Position numbers and translations under genes: made by a program
Notes under the pieces: generated by a model
Told to the model about the DNA's origin: nothing
Database searches by the model: none
Seen by the model: only the letters and a program-made list of their open reading frames with translations
In this document: one piece after another, positions 63,260-64,000 of the stretch
Layout: each line of letters begins with the position of its first letter
How positions within the stretch are numbered: the stretch's first letter is position 1
Source of the DNA: Octopus sinensis
Taxonomy: Eukaryota
NCBI RefSeq assembly: GCF_006345805.1
Contig: NC_043007.1
Location: 21,824,001 to 21,888,000 of the forward strand
Reading direction: 5' to 3'
DNA: 64,000 nucleotides

Positions 63260-63610
63260 ATACATGGTGACGGTGGTGACCCCCTTCGGTCAGACACTGA
63301 CCATGGGTTTGCACCTAGAGTGTTACCCTCTGAGGTACAAGTCTGGGCAAGGTTGTTTTATGGAAGACCAGCAGTCGCCCATGCATACCGGCCTCCCCTC
63401 TCCACGTCACCAATGTTGTCCAAGGGAAAGGCAGCAGCTGATACAGCTTGGCACCTGTGACATCACAACTCATTTCTACAGCTGGGTTAACTGGAGCAAA
63501 GTGAAATAAAGTGTCTTGCTCAAGAACACAACACGCAGCCCGGTCCGGGATTCGAGCTCACAACCTCACAATTGTAAGCTGGATGCTCTAACCACTGAGC
63601 CACGCGCCTT
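63260..63610 (-). mobile_element. SINE family C2-like head/core with a third tail (Z)
   Basis: gaaggcgcgtggctcagtggttagagc head, C2-like core, tail gatgtcacaggtgccaagctgtatc...ctgaccgaagggg. Confidence 0.7.
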
Positions 63611-64000
63611 CATGTATGTATGCATATGTATACATATATGTATACATATGTATACATATGTATATAAATATGTATACATATGTATACGCAATCTAGTTCG
63701 CACACAAGCTAAAATCATCGATGGTTAAGTATTGTTCTTATTTACGAAGCAAAGCTTAAGACATGAGTAAGTGAGGGGGGCGTAAAGTTGCATGACTCTA
63801 TACATGTATCGTATAGTTAGAGAAAAAAACGAAAGAAAGGAAGAGAGAGTAAAAAAGGGGAAGGAAAAAAAGAAAAAAGGAGGGGTGGGGAAAAAACGAA
63901 ATAAGAAAAATTATGTATACAACTGGGAGGGCGCCTTGCGCATCGAGATCTTCTCAGGCTAAGCACCTCGTTCTCCTCCTCTCCACAATCGTCATCCGAT

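Overview
This is AT-rich, repeat-saturated animal genomic DNA, most likely octopus; that call rests on my recollection of the SINE families and on the extreme microsatellite load, not on a search. The only host gene I can support is an LRP5/6 (arrow) Wnt co-receptor on the minus strand. Its signal-peptide exon 1 (53885-53939) is absent from the ORF track, exon 2 (19256-19646) encodes part of the first YWTD propeller, intron 1 is about 34.2 kb, and exon 3 lies beyond the left edge or was not found. The rest is mostly mobile DNA: three tRNA-derived SINE groups with swappable LINE-derived tails, CR1 and RTE LINE fragments, mariner/maT/Tigger/piggyBac-type elements, a 9-bp-TSD MITE family, non-autonomous Helitrons, a 26-bp minisatellite and long microsatellites. 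The best leads are a cluster of short (TA)n-anchored elements carrying minimal hammerhead ribozymes (61.7-62.9 kb, one with an intact core), a chain of ATGA-coupled uORFs ahead of the LRP5/6 start, a SINE dimer inserted with a single TSD, combinatorial SINE head/tail swapping, and long intronic foldback hairpins. Coordinates of old repeats are approximate.
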